A stretch of 57,351 nt of DNA from Candidatus Limnocylindrales bacterium (GTDB lineage: Bacteria; Chloroflexota; Limnocylindria; Limnocylindrales; CSP1-4), in the NCBI GenBank assembly GCA_036556145.1, contig DATBKB010000023.1, positions 1 to 57,351 on the forward strand, read 5' to 3'. Both the position numbers and the translations under genes were made by a program. This document shows positions 25,723 to 35,682 of this stretch, in pieces (within the stretch, counting starts at the first letter, position 1; each line of letters begins with the position of its first letter). Below the pieces are notes generated by a model. It saw nothing but the letters and a program-made list of their open reading frames with translations, had not been told where the DNA came from and did no database searches.

Positions 25723-27173
25723 ATCCGCACCTCGGCGTACAGCCGCTCCTGGCGCGCCCGTGCGTCACGGTAGCGGGCGACGGCGTCGGGATCGGGCTGC
25801 ACGCGGCGGCTCGGTGGCGGCGGGACATCGTCCGCGGTCTCGATCGCGCCGGCCGCGGCGAGCGCCTGGAGGGCCGCGCCGCGCGTCGACGCCTCGCCCT
25901 CGGTCGAGAGCCGCATCGGACGGCCCAGCGCCGCCGCCACGATCCGCGGCCACCGCGGCGAGGCCACCAGCGCGCCGCCCGCGCCGACCACGTCCGGCGG
26001 GCCGCCGGCGAGCCGGTGCAGCCGCGCGTCGAGCGCGGCGAACCGCAGCGCGATCGACTCGAGGGTGGCGAGATACACGTCGGCTCCCGTCGTCGCGAGG
26101 CTCAAGCCGGTGACGAGGCCGCGTCGCGACGCGTCATAGCCGGGCCCGCGCTCACCGGCGAGATACGGCAGGACGGTCAGCCCGTGGCCGTCCGGCGGCA
26201 GCCTCCGGGCCGCGCCCTCGAGGTCTCGCGACGTGCGGCCCAGGAGCCCGGCGATCGCCGCGGCGACGCCGCCGCCCTCGCTGAGCTGGCCTCCGACGAG
26301 GCTTCGCCCGTCGGCCAGCCGATGCCCGAACAGGCCCTCGGGCACGGTGGGCGCCGGCTCGTCGAGGAGGATTCGCAGCGCGCCCGACGTCCCGAGCTGC
26401 AGCGCGGCGCCTCGCCCAGGCCTCACCCCGAGCCCCACGGTTCCGCACGAGGCGTCCGACCACGGCACGAACCAGGGGATGGTCGCGAGCGTCGGCCAGC
26501 GATCGGCCGCGGGCGCTCGCAGGCGCGCGCTCGCCGCCCGCGGCGCGATCGGCGGCAGGGCGGCGGCGTCGATGCCCAGGCTCTCGAGAAGGCCCTCGTG
26601 CCACTGCGCGGTGCGCCGGTCGAGGAGGCCGCTCCCGGAGGCGAGCGAAAGGTCGACCGCCGTCTCGCCGGTCAGCTCACGGAAGAGCAGCTCCGGCGCC
26701 CCGGCGAATCGCCGGGCAGCCGCGGTCGTCGTGCGTAGTCGCGCGATCTTCGCCGGCCAGTAGCTCGCGTGGAGCGGGCAGCCGGTCTCCTGCCACAGCG
26801 CCGCCGCGTCGAGCCGCGCGCGCAGGGCTGCCGCCTCCGGCGCGCTCGTCGTGTCGGCCCATGTCAGCAGCGGCGTCAACGGCCGGCCGCGCCCGTCGAT
26901 CGCGGCGACCGAGTGGAGGAAGCACGACATCCCCACCGCGACCACCCGACGGATGTCCGTTCCGGCGCGGCCGACCGCCGCGTCGATCGTCTCGCCGAGG
27001 GCGGCCACGAGAACCTCGACGCCGATCTCCGCCCGTCCGTCGGCGCCGACGTCGAGCGGATAGGCGACCTGCGCGAGGGCGGCCCGCCGCCGCCCCCGAT
27101 CGTCGAGGATCCCGGCCCGGACCGACGACGTACCGACATCGATTGCGAGCGCGAGCGGCCGGCCGGCGGTCAC
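25719..27173 (-). CDS. FGGY-family carbohydrate kinase (gluconokinase/xylulokinase-like)
   Basis: 484 aa from GTG 27173. It has the N-terminal AIDVGTSSVR motif, actin-fold ATPase regions and a C-terminal GGGA...W motif. The track entry 25719-29234 is an artefactual fusion with a frame antisense/out of frame to the neighbouring genes. Confidence 0.85.
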   Translation of the reverse strand: MTAGRPLALAIDVGTSSVRAGILDDRGRRRAALAQVAYPLDVGADGRAEIGVEVLVAALGETIDAAVGRAGTDIRRVVAVGMSCFLHSVAAIDGRGRPLTPLLTWADTTSAPEAAALRARLDAAALWQETGCPLHASYWPAKIARLRTTTAAARRFAGAPELLFRELTGETAVDLSLASGSGLLDRRTAQWHEGLLESLGIDAAALPPIAPRAASARLRAPAADRWPTLATIPWFVPWSDASCGTVGLGVRPGRGAALQLGTSGALRILLDEPAPTVPEGLFGHRLADGRSLVGGQLSEGGGVAAAIAGLLGRTSRDLEGAARRLPPDGHGLTVLPYLAGERGPGYDASRRGLVTGLSLATTGADVYLATLESIALRFAALDARLHRLAGGPPDVVGAGGALVASPRWPRIVAAALGRPMRLSTEGEASTRGAALQALAAAGAIETADDVPPPPSRRVQPDPDAVARYRDARARQERLYAEVRM

Positions 27174-28393
27174 GCGAGCGTCGGCGCGGGAGCATCGGGC
27201 CGCGGCTCCCGGAACACGGCCATGGCCACGGCCGCGAAGACGACGACGACGGCCGTGACGGCCACGCCCAGGTGGATGTCGACGGCTTCCCACAACGCCG
27301 CCGCGGACGTCGCGCCGATGACGATGCCCAGGGTCGAGAACGCGCTGACGATCCCGAACGCGCGGCCGCCCCGCACGCCGCCGGTCGCGCCGACGAGCAG
27401 CGCGTACCACGCGGCCTGGAACCCGGCGATCCCACCGCCGGATGCGACCGCGCTGATGTAGATGACCGGCCGCGGGAGGGCCGCGACCAGCGCCAGCACG
27501 AACAGCACGACGGGGACGCACGAGAGGATCGCGATCAGCCGGCGGCCGCGCCGGTCCGCCTGGTGGCCGAGCCATGGACCGAGGACGATGCTGCCGAGGC
27601 CGAAGAGCGCGAAGACGAGGCCGACTTCGCGCCGCGACCAGAGGAGCACGCCCTCGGCGAACGCGCCGTACGTCGTGATGAACGAGCCGAATCCCGCGAG
27701 CAGCCCGACGTTCGCGGCGAGGAGGATCGCGAGCGCGCGGCGGTCGATCCTCGGGGTCGGGTTTCCCGCCGCCGGCGTGGCGGTATCCGGCCCGCCGGGG
27801 CGCGGGCGAGGCAGGAACCACGCCGCGGTCGCCGCGAGCGCGCTGGTGACCGCGACCAGGACGAACGGCAGTCGGAGATCCGTCTCGGCGAGGAAGCCGC
27901 CGAGGACGGGACCCGCGACGCTGCCGGCCGACCCCGCTGCCGACAGCAGGCCGTTGGCGAACGCGAGCCTGGCCCGGTCGATGACCTGCGAGAGGTAGAG
28001 CCGCTCGGCGACGAGGCTGATGCCGGCGCCGAAGCCTGCCATCGAGCGCCACGCGATGAGCGGCACCGCCGCGGTGGCCGTCGCGATGAGCGCGTTGCCC
28101 GCGGCGTACACGCTCATGCCGGACGGCACGAGGCGTCGGGTGCCGAACCGCTCGACGAGGAAACCGGCGGCGAGCTGCGCGGCCGCGTTCGTGATCGCAA
28201 AGGCGCTCGTGAGGATGCCGAGCACGGATGGCGACGCGCCGAGCTGCGTCGCGTAGAGCGGCAGCAGCGGCAACATGACCGCGACGCCGGTCTGGGCGAT
28301 GAACGCGATCGCCGCAAGCAGCGCGAGCGACCGGTCGAGGCCACGCCCGACCGAGGCCGCGCGCGCCGCCAGTGAACCGGCCCAGCCCGACAT
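27170..28393 (-). CDS. MFS transporter
   Basis: 407 aa from ATG 28393 with 12 TM helices and an MFS loop motif (G.L.ERFGTRR). The stop overlaps the GTG of the kinase. Confidence 0.88.
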   Translation of the reverse strand: MSGWAGSLAARAASVGRGLDRSLALLAAIAFIAQTGVAVMLPLLPLYATQLGASPSVLGILTSAFAITNAAAQLAAGFLVERFGTRRLVPSGMSVYAAGNALIATATAAVPLIAWRSMAGFGAGISLVAERLYLSQVIDRARLAFANGLLSAAGSAGSVAGPVLGGFLAETDLRLPFVLVAVTSALAATAAWFLPRPRPGGPDTATPAAGNPTPRIDRRALAILLAANVGLLAGFGSFITTYGAFAEGVLLWSRREVGLVFALFGLGSIVLGPWLGHQADRRGRRLIAILSCVPVVLFVLALVAALPRPVIYISAVASGGGIAGFQAAWYALLVGATGGVRGGRAFGIVSAFSTLGIVIGATSAAALWEAVDIHLGVAVTAVVVVFAAVAMAVFREPRPDAPAPTLA

Positions 28394-28421
28394 CAGGTTC
28401 GGCAGTGTAGGCGCTGCCACC

Positions 28422-29030
28422 GTGCCCGCCGCTACGATCCCGCTCGTGCACGACGTCATCGCGACGCGCCGCCCACCGACGATCGCCGTCATCGGCTCGC
28501 ACGGCGTCCGCAAGAGCACGGCCGTCGACGGACTCCTCCGTGCGGCTCGCGGCCTCGGGCTCGACGTCGCGACGCTCGGTGAGGTCATCCGGACGAGCCC
28601 GCTCGGGCACAACGAGGCGGCCACGCCGGCCGCCCAGCTGTGGGTCCTCGCGACGCAGATCGCGCGCGAGGTCGAATCCGGCTCGGGCCGCGAGCTGCTG
28701 GTGACGGATCGCTCGGTCGTCGACAACTACGCCTACTACCGCCGGACCGCCGGAGACACCGACCCGTTCGAGGTCGAGCCGCTCATCCGGACCTGGGCCG
28801 CCGGCTACGCGCTTCATCTCCGGTTGCTGGCCGACGTGCCGCTCGTCGCGGACGGCTTCCGCAGCCCGAACCCCGGGTTCCGCGATGCGATCGAGCGATT
28901 GCTGGACCGGATCGTGCCCGCGTTCGTGCCAGGGGAGCGGCTCGTCACGATGCCCGCCTCCGAGGTCACGGCCGACCGCGACTGGACCGCCGAGCTCCGG
29001 GCGTGGCTGCACGCGCCCGGAGGGCGGTGA
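28422..29030 (+). CDS. P-loop NTPase-like protein (AAA_28/nucleoside-kinase-like) with degenerate Walker A
   Basis: IAVIGSHGVRKST occupies the Walker A position (GxxxxGK[ST] becomes GSHGVRKS), and LLVTDRSVVDN is Walker B-like. The start is uncertain (GTG 28422 or 28446), with no clear SD. Confidence 0.55.
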   Translation: MPAATIPLVHDVIATRRPPTIAVIGSHGVRKSTAVDGLLRAARGLGLDVATLGEVIRTSPLGHNEAATPAAQLWVLATQIAREVESGSGRELLVTDRSVVDNYAYYRRTAGDTDPFEVEPLIRTWAAGYALHLRLLADVPLVADGFRSPNPGFRDAIERLLDRIVPAFVPGERLVTMPASEVTADRDWTAELRAWLHAPGGR

Positions 29031-29064
29031 CGGACCGCACCACACCGCGGCGTATGCTGCGGCC

Positions 29065-29346
29065 ATGAAGGGCGATCGGGTCGAGGTCGTCGTCGACACC
29101 GGCCAGGGGGTCCAGACCTTCGAGATCGGGGCCACGCGCAACGGCCGCCGGATCGAGGTGACGACCGCCCGTGGCGTCGTCGAGGTCACCGAGGTGACCC
29201 GTGGCGGCACGCCCGTCCGGACCGGGCGGTTCATGGCGAACCGGCTGATCGCCCTCGTGGAGCATCCCAGCGCCGCCCGCGACGACGCGAACGTCGAGGT
29301 CCAGACCCGCCGCCGGATCCGGCCGCGGGACGCCGAGCGCGACTAG
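29065..29346 (+). CDS. Hypothetical 93-aa beta-rich protein
   Basis: The ORF runs from ATG 29065 (MKGDRVEVVVDTGQGVQTFEIGATRNGRRIEVTTARGVVEVTEV...), 34 nt after the P-loop gene. It has good G/C third-position bias. No family was recognised. Confidence 0.4.
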   Translation: MKGDRVEVVVDTGQGVQTFEIGATRNGRRIEVTTARGVVEVTEVTRGGTPVRTGRFMANRLIALVEHPSAARDDANVEVQTRRRIRPRDAERD

Positions 29347-29366
29347 GCGCGGCTCCCTCGCGTGCC

Positions 29367-30041
29367 CTAGTCGGGCTCGCCGCTGTCGACCTCTCGAACG
29401 CCCTCGATCCGGCCGATCGCCTCGACCGCCTCGACGAGGTTCGCACCGCGTCGCCGGCGAAGGTCGAACACGACCGCGAACGAGCGGCCCTCGAGCCGCT
29501 CGGTCGTGAGCCCGCCGATGTCGAGCCGGCTCGCGGTCAGGACGCGCGATACCTCGCCGATCGCCTCGAGCCGGTCGACAACGACCTCGAGGCGCACGGT
29601 CTCGCGATCGGCCGCGTGCAGCCGCTCGGCGATCCGGTTGAGCGGCCACAGCGAGAAGATGACGATGATCGCGCCCGTCCACGCGATCGCGTACTGCGCG
29701 GCGCCGGCAGCAAGACCAACCGCGGCGGTCGCCCAGAGGCTGGCCGCCGTCGTCAGCCCGCGGATCGTGGCGCCCTCCTTCAGGATCGCGCCGGCGCCGA
29801 GGAAGCCGATGCCCGAGACGATCTGCGCGGCGATCCGCGAGGGATCGACGCCGGAAGCCGGCGTTCCGAAGCCGTGGATCGACAGCACCGTGAAGATCGC
29901 GGACCCGAGGGCCACGAGCAGGTGCGTCCGCATGCCGGCCGAGTGGCCGTGGATCTCCCGCTCGACGCCGATGAGCGCGCCGAGCGCCGCCGCGAGCAGC
30001 AGCCGCAGCGAGAGTTCGACCTGGACCCCGAGGTCGCCCAT
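29367..30041 (-). CDS. MgtC/SapB-family membrane protein with C-terminal ACT-like domain
   Basis: 224 aa. It has the GVEREIHGHSAGMRTH signature, four to five TM helices, and a soluble C-terminal domain. Confidence 0.88.
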   Translation of the reverse strand: MGDLGVQVELSLRLLLAAALGALIGVEREIHGHSAGMRTHLLVALGSAIFTVLSIHGFGTPASGVDPSRIAAQIVSGIGFLGAGAILKEGATIRGLTTAASLWATAAVGLAAGAAQYAIAWTGAIIVIFSLWPLNRIAERLHAADRETVRLEVVVDRLEAIGEVSRVLTASRLDIGGLTTERLEGRSFAVVFDLRRRRGANLVEAVEAIGRIEGVREVDSGEPD

Positions 30042-30109
30042 ACCGGCGGGTAGTGTGCGCCATCCGCCGTCCCGGCGGAGGCCGCTTGGCGGAGGCCGCG
30101 CGGCGGCCG

Positions 30110-31144
30110 TCAGCGCGTCAGCGTCACCTTGCGCAGGTTTCGCGGTGCATCGGGGTCGAGGCCGCGCGCCCGGGCCAGGTGGAAGGCGAGGAGCTGACCC
30201 GGAACGACCGATGCGATCGGCATGAGCCACTCCGGAACGCCGCCCGGCAGCGGGATCGTCGAGCCGGCGCCGGCGAGACCCGGGCGGTCGGAGACGACGA
30301 CGACGTCCGCTCGATGCTCCGACCGCAGGCGCGCGACGAGCTCCACGAGGCCGTCGCCGGCAAGACCCGAGGGTGCGAACGCGAGGACCGTGAACCCCGG
30401 CTCGACCAGGGCCACGGGACCGTGCTGGAAGTCGGCCGACGAATACGGGTCGGCCACGACGTGGGCGAGCTCCTTGAGCTTGAGCGCGACCTCGCGCGCC
30501 GTCGCGTACTCGAAGCCGCGGCCGAGGACCACGCAACGATCGAGCGTCGCGTGCGCGCCCGCGACGGCAACGACCTCGTTCTCTGACGCGAGCGCCGCCT
30601 CGATGGCGGTGGGGATGGCCTCGAGCGCGTCGAACGCGGCAGCGTCGCGGGCGAGTGCCGCGGACAGCATCGCGATCGCGGTCAGCTCGGCGGTGTAGGT
30701 CTTCGTCGCCGCGACCGCGGTCTCGGCCTCGGCCAGGAGGTCGATCGCGTCGCCTGCGGCGGAGGCGAGCGGCGAGCCCGGCGTGTTGGTGATGGCGATC
30801 GTCGGCACGCCCTGGCGGCGGGCCGCCTCGACGACCGCGACGATGTCCGGCGACGCGCCCGACTGGCTGATGCCGATGACGACGGACCGCCGGAACGCCG
30901 GCTCGACGCCGAAGAGCGTCGTGATCGATGGCGCGGCGAGCGCCACCGGCAGCCGGTGTCGAATGCCGAAGACGTACTGCGCGTAGATCGCGGCGTGGTC
31001 GGACGTTCCGCGGGCGGCGATGACGACGTGCTCGACGTCGGCGGCGCGGATCCGATCGGCGACCGCCTCGACCTGCGACCGTCCCTCCCCGAGCAGGCGC
31101 CGGATGACGGCCGGCTGCTCGGCGATCTCGTCCCTCAGGCCCAC
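30110..31144 (-). CDS. SIS-domain sugar isomerase/deaminase (GlmS-C-terminal-like; NagB-II/AgaS type glucosamine-6-P deaminase)
   Basis: 344 aa from GTG 31144 with two SIS domains (GISQSGASPD, ATKTYTAEL, ...EVALKLKE...). The position directly after nagA supports the role. Confidence 0.82.
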   Translation of the reverse strand: MGLRDEIAEQPAVIRRLLGEGRSQVEAVADRIRAADVEHVVIAARGTSDHAAIYAQYVFGIRHRLPVALAAPSITTLFGVEPAFRRSVVIGISQSGASPDIVAVVEAARRQGVPTIAITNTPGSPLASAAGDAIDLLAEAETAVAATKTYTAELTAIAMLSAALARDAAAFDALEAIPTAIEAALASENEVVAVAGAHATLDRCVVLGRGFEYATAREVALKLKELAHVVADPYSSADFQHGPVALVEPGFTVLAFAPSGLAGDGLVELVARLRSEHRADVVVVSDRPGLAGAGSTIPLPGGVPEWLMPIASVVPGQLLAFHLARARGLDPDAPRNLRKVTLTR

Positions 31145-32310
31145 CGGTCGCCTCCGTCGTCATGGATCACGCGGCCGGCCGCGATCGTCGCGACGACCTC
31201 GAGGCGCGTGGTCAGGAGCGTCACGTCGGCGATCGCGCCCGGCCGGAGCGATCCGCGATCGCGCTCCCCGAGGAGGCGCGCCGGCACGTGCGTGACGGCC
31301 CCGATGGCGCTCGCGGGCGTCGTGCCCATCCACGCCGCGAGATTCCGGACCGCGGTGTCGAGCGACAGGACGCTGCCGGCGAGTCGTCCGTCGGCCAGGC
31401 GCGCCCCCGCCTCCCCGACATCGACCTCCGCGCCGGCGAGCGGGTAGCGGCCGGCCGGCATCCCGAGCGCGGCCATCGCGTCGGTGACGGCCGAGAAGCG
31501 GTCCGGGCCGGCGGCCCGCCACGCGGCCTCCAGCAGCGCCGCGTCGACGTGGATGCCGTCGGCGATCAGCCCGACCGTCACGCGCGGGTCACGGAGCGCC
31601 GCCGCGGCAAGGCCGGTGCCGTGAGGCTCCTTCGACATCCCGTTGAAGAGGTGGGTGACGTACCGAATCCCGGCGTCGAATCCTCGCGTCGCCTGCTCCC
31701 CGCTGGCGGTCGAGTGGCCCGCGGATACCACGACGCCGCGACCGACGAGATCGGCGACGAGCTCCGGCGCACCGGGCAGCTCGGGCGCGAGCGTGACGAG
31801 CCGGACGCCGCCGGCGGCGCTCCAGGCGGCGGCCCGCGCCGCGTCTGGCAACCGGAGGTGGGAGGGATCATGCGCCCCTCGCCGGTCCGGGTTGAGGAAT
31901 GGCCCCTCGAGGTGCAGCCCGAGGACGTGCGCACCGCGATAGCCGGCCGGCGGCCCCGCCGCCACGACGCGACACGCGGCGTCGGCAACCTCCGCGGGCG
32001 AGGTGACGATCGTCGGCAGGAATGCCGTCACGCCGTACTGGGCGAGCGCCGTCCCGATGCTCCAGACCGATTCCGGATCCGCGGTCAGGTCGTGGCCGGC
32101 CGCCCCGTTGACCTGCAGGTCGATGAACCCGGGGGCGACGAGGAGGCCCTCGGCTCGCAGCCGCCGCGCACCGGCGCCTGCCGCCGCGGCATCGCGGCCG
32201 CGCGCGGCGATGCGACCGTCGGCGAGGAGGACGTCCTCGGCCGCCGGCTCGGACGCCGACGCGTCCGAGGCATCGACCGGCGTGCCGGCCTGGATCAGGA
32301 GCGGCGTCAT
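31135..32310 (-). CDS. nagA: N-acetylglucosamine-6-phosphate deacetylase
   Basis: 391 aa amidohydrolase with GFIDLQVNG, HLEGPFLNP, VSAGHS and THLFNGM motifs. Confidence 0.92.
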   Translation of the reverse strand: MTPLLIQAGTPVDASDASASEPAAEDVLLADGRIAARGRDAAAAGAGARRLRAEGLLVAPGFIDLQVNGAAGHDLTADPESVWSIGTALAQYGVTAFLPTIVTSPAEVADAACRVVAAGPPAGYRGAHVLGLHLEGPFLNPDRRGAHDPSHLRLPDAARAAAWSAAGGVRLVTLAPELPGAPELVADLVGRGVVVSAGHSTASGEQATRGFDAGIRYVTHLFNGMSKEPHGTGLAAAALRDPRVTVGLIADGIHVDAALLEAAWRAAGPDRFSAVTDAMAALGMPAGRYPLAGAEVDVGEAGARLADGRLAGSVLSLDTAVRNLAAWMGTTPASAIGAVTHVPARLLGERDRGSLRPGAIADVTLLTTRLEVVATIAAGRVIHDDGGDRWA

Positions 32311-33890
32311 GCGGCCGCGGCCACGGCGACCGGCAGGCGGCCGCGGAACGGGATCTCGCCGAAGAGCGCATCCGCGAGCGCGTCGAGCGACGGCTGGAGG
32401 ATGCCGTACGTCGCCGCGTGCACCTTCGCCGACGGATACGCCGCGAGGTCGTAGGGCGTGCGCAGGGCGACGGTCACGACGGGCACGCCGGTCGCGAGGA
32501 TCGTGTCGACGAGCGCGGCCTGCGCCGGCTCGAGCGACGCGGCGATCGTCCCGACGACGACGAGGTCGCAGCCCGCGGCCCAGTCGCGGAAGCCGGCGAT
32601 CTCGCCGGGTTCCGGCGCGTTCGGGGCGATGACCTCGTCGACCCGGTCGTGGTGGCGGCGGAGCGCGGCGGCCAGGCCCGGCTCGACCGCGGATGACGTG
32701 TCGGCCGGCGTGAGGTCGCGCGGCCGGGGCATCAGTGCGCCGAGCCGCGCATCGCTGGCAAGGCGAATCGGCAGGAGCCCCGCGTCATCCCGGACGAACG
32801 TCACCGACGCCTCGGCGAGCTCCCGCGCGAGCGCGCGATGCTCCCTCGAGCCGACGACGTCGAGCGCCGGCTGCCGGATGCCGGCGACGCGGCGACGCAG
32901 CGCGTCGACCCGGGCGGACGACGCGGCGATGCCGGCGTCGAGCGCGCCGTCGCTCGTCCCGCGGACGACGGCGGCCTCGATCGCGCCGCCGGCGGCCTGT
33001 TGCGGCCCAAGCAGCAGCAGGTCGAGCCCGGCTCGCAGGCCTGCGACCGCATCGGGCAAGCCATCGGCCCCCGGCCGCAGCGCCGCCATGTCGAGGGCGT
33101 CACTGATCGCAAGCCCGCGGGGACCCAGGTCGGCACGGAGGAGTCCCGCCAGCACGGCCGGCGAGAGCGTTGCCGGCAGCGCCGGGTCGCCGGTGATCGC
33201 CGGGATCGCGACATGCGCGGACATGACGAGCTCCGCCCCGGCGGCGAGCGCCGTGCGGAACGGCACGAGCTCGACGGAGTCCAGGCGGTGCCGATCGTGG
33301 TTGACGATCGGCAGCACGTGATGCGAGTCGACCGCCGCCTCACCGAGGCCCGGGTAGTGCTTCGCGCACGCCGCGACGCCCGACGACCGCAGCCCGCGAA
33401 CGACGGCGGCGACGAGCTTCGCCGCGGCGATTGGCTCGTCGCCGAACGAGCGGATCCCGATTCCGGGGTTGCGCGGGTTCGTCGCGAGGTCGCAGACCGG
33501 CGCGTACACGACGTTCACGCCCATCGCCGCCGCCTCGAGGCCCATCGCCCGGCCGACGCGCTCGGCGAGCGCCTCGTCGCCGGCCGCGCCGAGCGCCATG
33601 TTGCCGGCGAACGGCGTGGCGCCGGCGCCGAGCGCGAGCATCTGCCCGCCTTCGTGATCGGCGGCCACGAGGATCGGCAGGCCGTCGGATCCCGGTCGCT
33701 CCGCGGCCGCCCGCTGGACCGAGGCGGTGAGCTCGCGGACCTGACCCGGCGCGTCGACGTTGAGGTAGCGGAACAGCGTGATCCCGGCGACCGGCGCGTC
33801 GCGGAGCCGCGTCGCGAACCACGGCGGCACCTCGAGGCCGTCGAAGGCGAGCATGAGGAGGCTGCGCGCGTCGGGCGCGGACACGGCCAC
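32307..33890 (-). CDS. GH3 beta-N-acetylhexosaminidase (NagZ-like) with C-terminal domain
   Basis: 527 aa from GTG 33890 (alternative ATG 33854). GH3 motifs are present: DHEGG, IRSFG, AKHYPGLG...DSH, ISDALDM. The stop overlaps the nagA ATG (ATGA). Confidence 0.88.
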   Translation of the reverse strand: MAVSAPDARSLLMLAFDGLEVPPWFATRLRDAPVAGITLFRYLNVDAPGQVRELTASVQRAAAERPGSDGLPILVAADHEGGQMLALGAGATPFAGNMALGAAGDEALAERVGRAMGLEAAAMGVNVVYAPVCDLATNPRNPGIGIRSFGDEPIAAAKLVAAVVRGLRSSGVAACAKHYPGLGEAAVDSHHVLPIVNHDRHRLDSVELVPFRTALAAGAELVMSAHVAIPAITGDPALPATLSPAVLAGLLRADLGPRGLAISDALDMAALRPGADGLPDAVAGLRAGLDLLLLGPQQAAGGAIEAAVVRGTSDGALDAGIAASSARVDALRRRVAGIRQPALDVVGSREHRALARELAEASVTFVRDDAGLLPIRLASDARLGALMPRPRDLTPADTSSAVEPGLAAALRRHHDRVDEVIAPNAPEPGEIAGFRDWAAGCDLVVVGTIAASLEPAQAALVDTILATGVPVVTVALRTPYDLAAYPSAKVHAATYGILQPSLDALADALFGEIPFRGRLPVAVAAAA

Positions 33891-33892
33891 CG

Positions 33893-34768
33893 TCAGCCCT
33901 TGATCGCGCCGGCCAGGCCGCGGACGAAGAAGCGCTGGACGGCGATGAAGAACAGCAGGATCGGCACGACGGTGAGGGTCACGCCGGCGGCGGTCGCCCG
34001 GAAGTCGGAGCTGAACATCCCCTGGAGCGCGGCGAGGCCGACCGGCAGCGTCTTGTTGTCCATCGTCGGCAGCATGAGCGAGGGCCACAGGAAGTCGTTC
34101 CACGACGTGACGAACGTGAAGATCGCGACCGCGGCGAGCGACGGCCGGACGATCGGGATCATGACGTTCCACCAGATCCGCCACTCGCTCGCGCCGTCGA
34201 TCCGTGCCGCGTCGAGGAGCTCGTTCGGCACGCCGCGGAACGCCTGGCGGAGGAGGAAGACGTTGAACGCGCTGACGAGGCTCGGCAGGATGACCGCCGG
34301 CAGCGAATCGTGGTAGTCGAACACGCGCACGGCGAGGACGTAGCTCGGGATGTACGTCAGCTGGATCGGCACGATGAGCGTGCCGAGGAGCAGGTAGAAG
34401 ATGACCTCCCGGCCACGGAACCGCATCTTCGCCAGCGGGTACGCGGCGAGCGCCGCGATCAGCGTGTTGAGCACGGTGACGGACACCGTGACGACGATGC
34501 TGTTGAGGAAGAACTTCGGCACCGGCAGGACGTCGAGGACCCGGCCGTAGTTCGCGAGGGTCGGGTCGTTCGGGATGAACTGCGGCGGCACCGAGAAGAT
34601 CGCGTCGTTCGGGCCCTTGAGCGACGTCAGCAGGATCCACAGGAACGGGAAGACCGTGACGACGCTCATGAGCAGCAGGACCGCGTACCAGAAGACGACC
34701 TTCGGCGTCACGCGCGGGCCACGTCGAGCCCGCGGGATCGCCAGCCGCTCGATGCGCGCCGTGGCCAT
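33893..34768 (-). CDS. Carbohydrate ABC transporter permease (MalG/CUT1 type)
   Basis: 291 aa, six TM helices, with an EAA-like loop (DAARIDGASEWRIWWNVMIP). Confidence 0.92.
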   Translation of the reverse strand: MATARIERLAIPRARRGPRVTPKVVFWYAVLLLMSVVTVFPFLWILLTSLKGPNDAIFSVPPQFIPNDPTLANYGRVLDVLPVPKFFLNSIVVTVSVTVLNTLIAALAAYPLAKMRFRGREVIFYLLLGTLIVPIQLTYIPSYVLAVRVFDYHDSLPAVILPSLVSAFNVFLLRQAFRGVPNELLDAARIDGASEWRIWWNVMIPIVRPSLAAVAIFTFVTSWNDFLWPSLMLPTMDNKTLPVGLAALQGMFSSDFRATAAGVTLTVVPILLFFIAVQRFFVRGLAGAIKG

Positions 34769-35682
34769 CAGTCGGCCGCCCGTCGTTCGAGGATCCGGAT
34801 GTTGACGACCGAGAACGCGAGCGTCAGCACGAGCAGGACGATCGCGATCGCCGAGGCGTACCCGGCGTGGGACAGCTGGAACGCCTGCTTCCACAGGTAG
34901 AAGACGACCGTCACGCCGCTGTCGAGGATGCCGCCGGTGCGGTTCGTCAGGACGTAGATCTCGTCGAAGACCTTGAGCGCCGCAAGGCTCGAGATGACTG
35001 CCACGAAGACGATCTGCGGCCGCAGCCCCGGCAGGCTGACGTGCCAGTGCTTCTGGAGGTCGTTGCAGCCGTCGATCCTCGCCGCGTCGTACAGCTCCTC
35101 GGGAATGTTCTGGAGCCCGGCCAGGAAGATGACGGCGTAGTAGCCGATGCCCGCCCAGATCGTGAGCAGGATGGCGATCGGGAGGATGAGGCTCGGCTCG
35201 GTGAGCCACTGGATCGGCTCGTCGATGACGCCTCCCCACAGCAGGACGCCGTTGAGGAAGCCGTTCCGGTCGAAGAGCCAGCGCCACGAGATCCCGATGG
35301 CGATGCTGCCGCTGACTGCAGGCACGTAGTAGAGCGCGCGGAAGAGGTGGATGCCCCGCAGCTGGCGGTTGACGACGATCGCGAGCGCGATCGACAGGAC
35401 GATGAGCGTCGGCGTCGCGACGAGGTAGAGGATCGAGTTGCCGAGCGCCTTCCAGAACACCGGGTCGGCGACGAGCCGCTCGTAGTTCTCGAGCCCGATC
35501 CAGACGGGCGGCCGGACGATGTCGTAGTCCGTGAAGCTGTAGTAGACGACGCTCAGGATCGGGTAGACGACGAAGATCCCAATCAGCGCCAGCGCCGGAG
35601 CGAGGAAGAGGTAGGGCGAGGCGGCGAGGCGTCGGGTCACGGCGGTCTTCTCATTCGTCCTGGCTGGGGACGCGCACGGCAC
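34768..35682 (-). CDS. Carbohydrate ABC transporter permease (MalF/CUT1 type)
   Basis: About 290-304 aa, six TM helices, with an EAA-like loop (YDAARIDGCNDLQKHWHVSLP). The start is GTG 35682 or GTG 35640. The stop shares one nt with the next ATG. Confidence 0.9.
   Translation of the reverse strand: MPCASPARTNEKTAVTRRLAASPYLFLAPALALIGIFVVYPILSVVYYSFTDYDIVRPPVWIGLENYERLVADPVFWKALGNSILYLVATPTLIVLSIALAIVVNRQLRGIHLFRALYYVPAVSGSIAIGISWRWLFDRNGFLNGVLLWGGVIDEPIQWLTEPSLILPIAILLTIWAGIGYYAVIFLAGLQNIPEELYDAARIDGCNDLQKHWHVSLPGLRPQIVFVAVISSLAALKVFDEIYVLTNRTGGILDSGVTVVFYLWKQAFQLSHAGYASAIAIVLLVLTLAFSVVNIRILERRAAD

Noticed and set aside
22870-25773. 967-aa plus-strand ORF spanning the APC permease and HAD genes
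   Set aside because: It is antisense to two genes with clear family motifs, and its composition is dominated by R, D, E and G runs. It was not treated as coding.
25719-29234. 1171-aa minus-strand track ORF suggesting a giant fusion protein
   Set aside because: Only the last 484 codons (from GTG 27173) look like a protein, an FGGY kinase. The upstream 690 codons are Arg/Pro/Gly-rich, overlap the real MFS gene in another frame, and are antisense to the P-loop gene. The GTGA junction with the MFS stop explains the true start.
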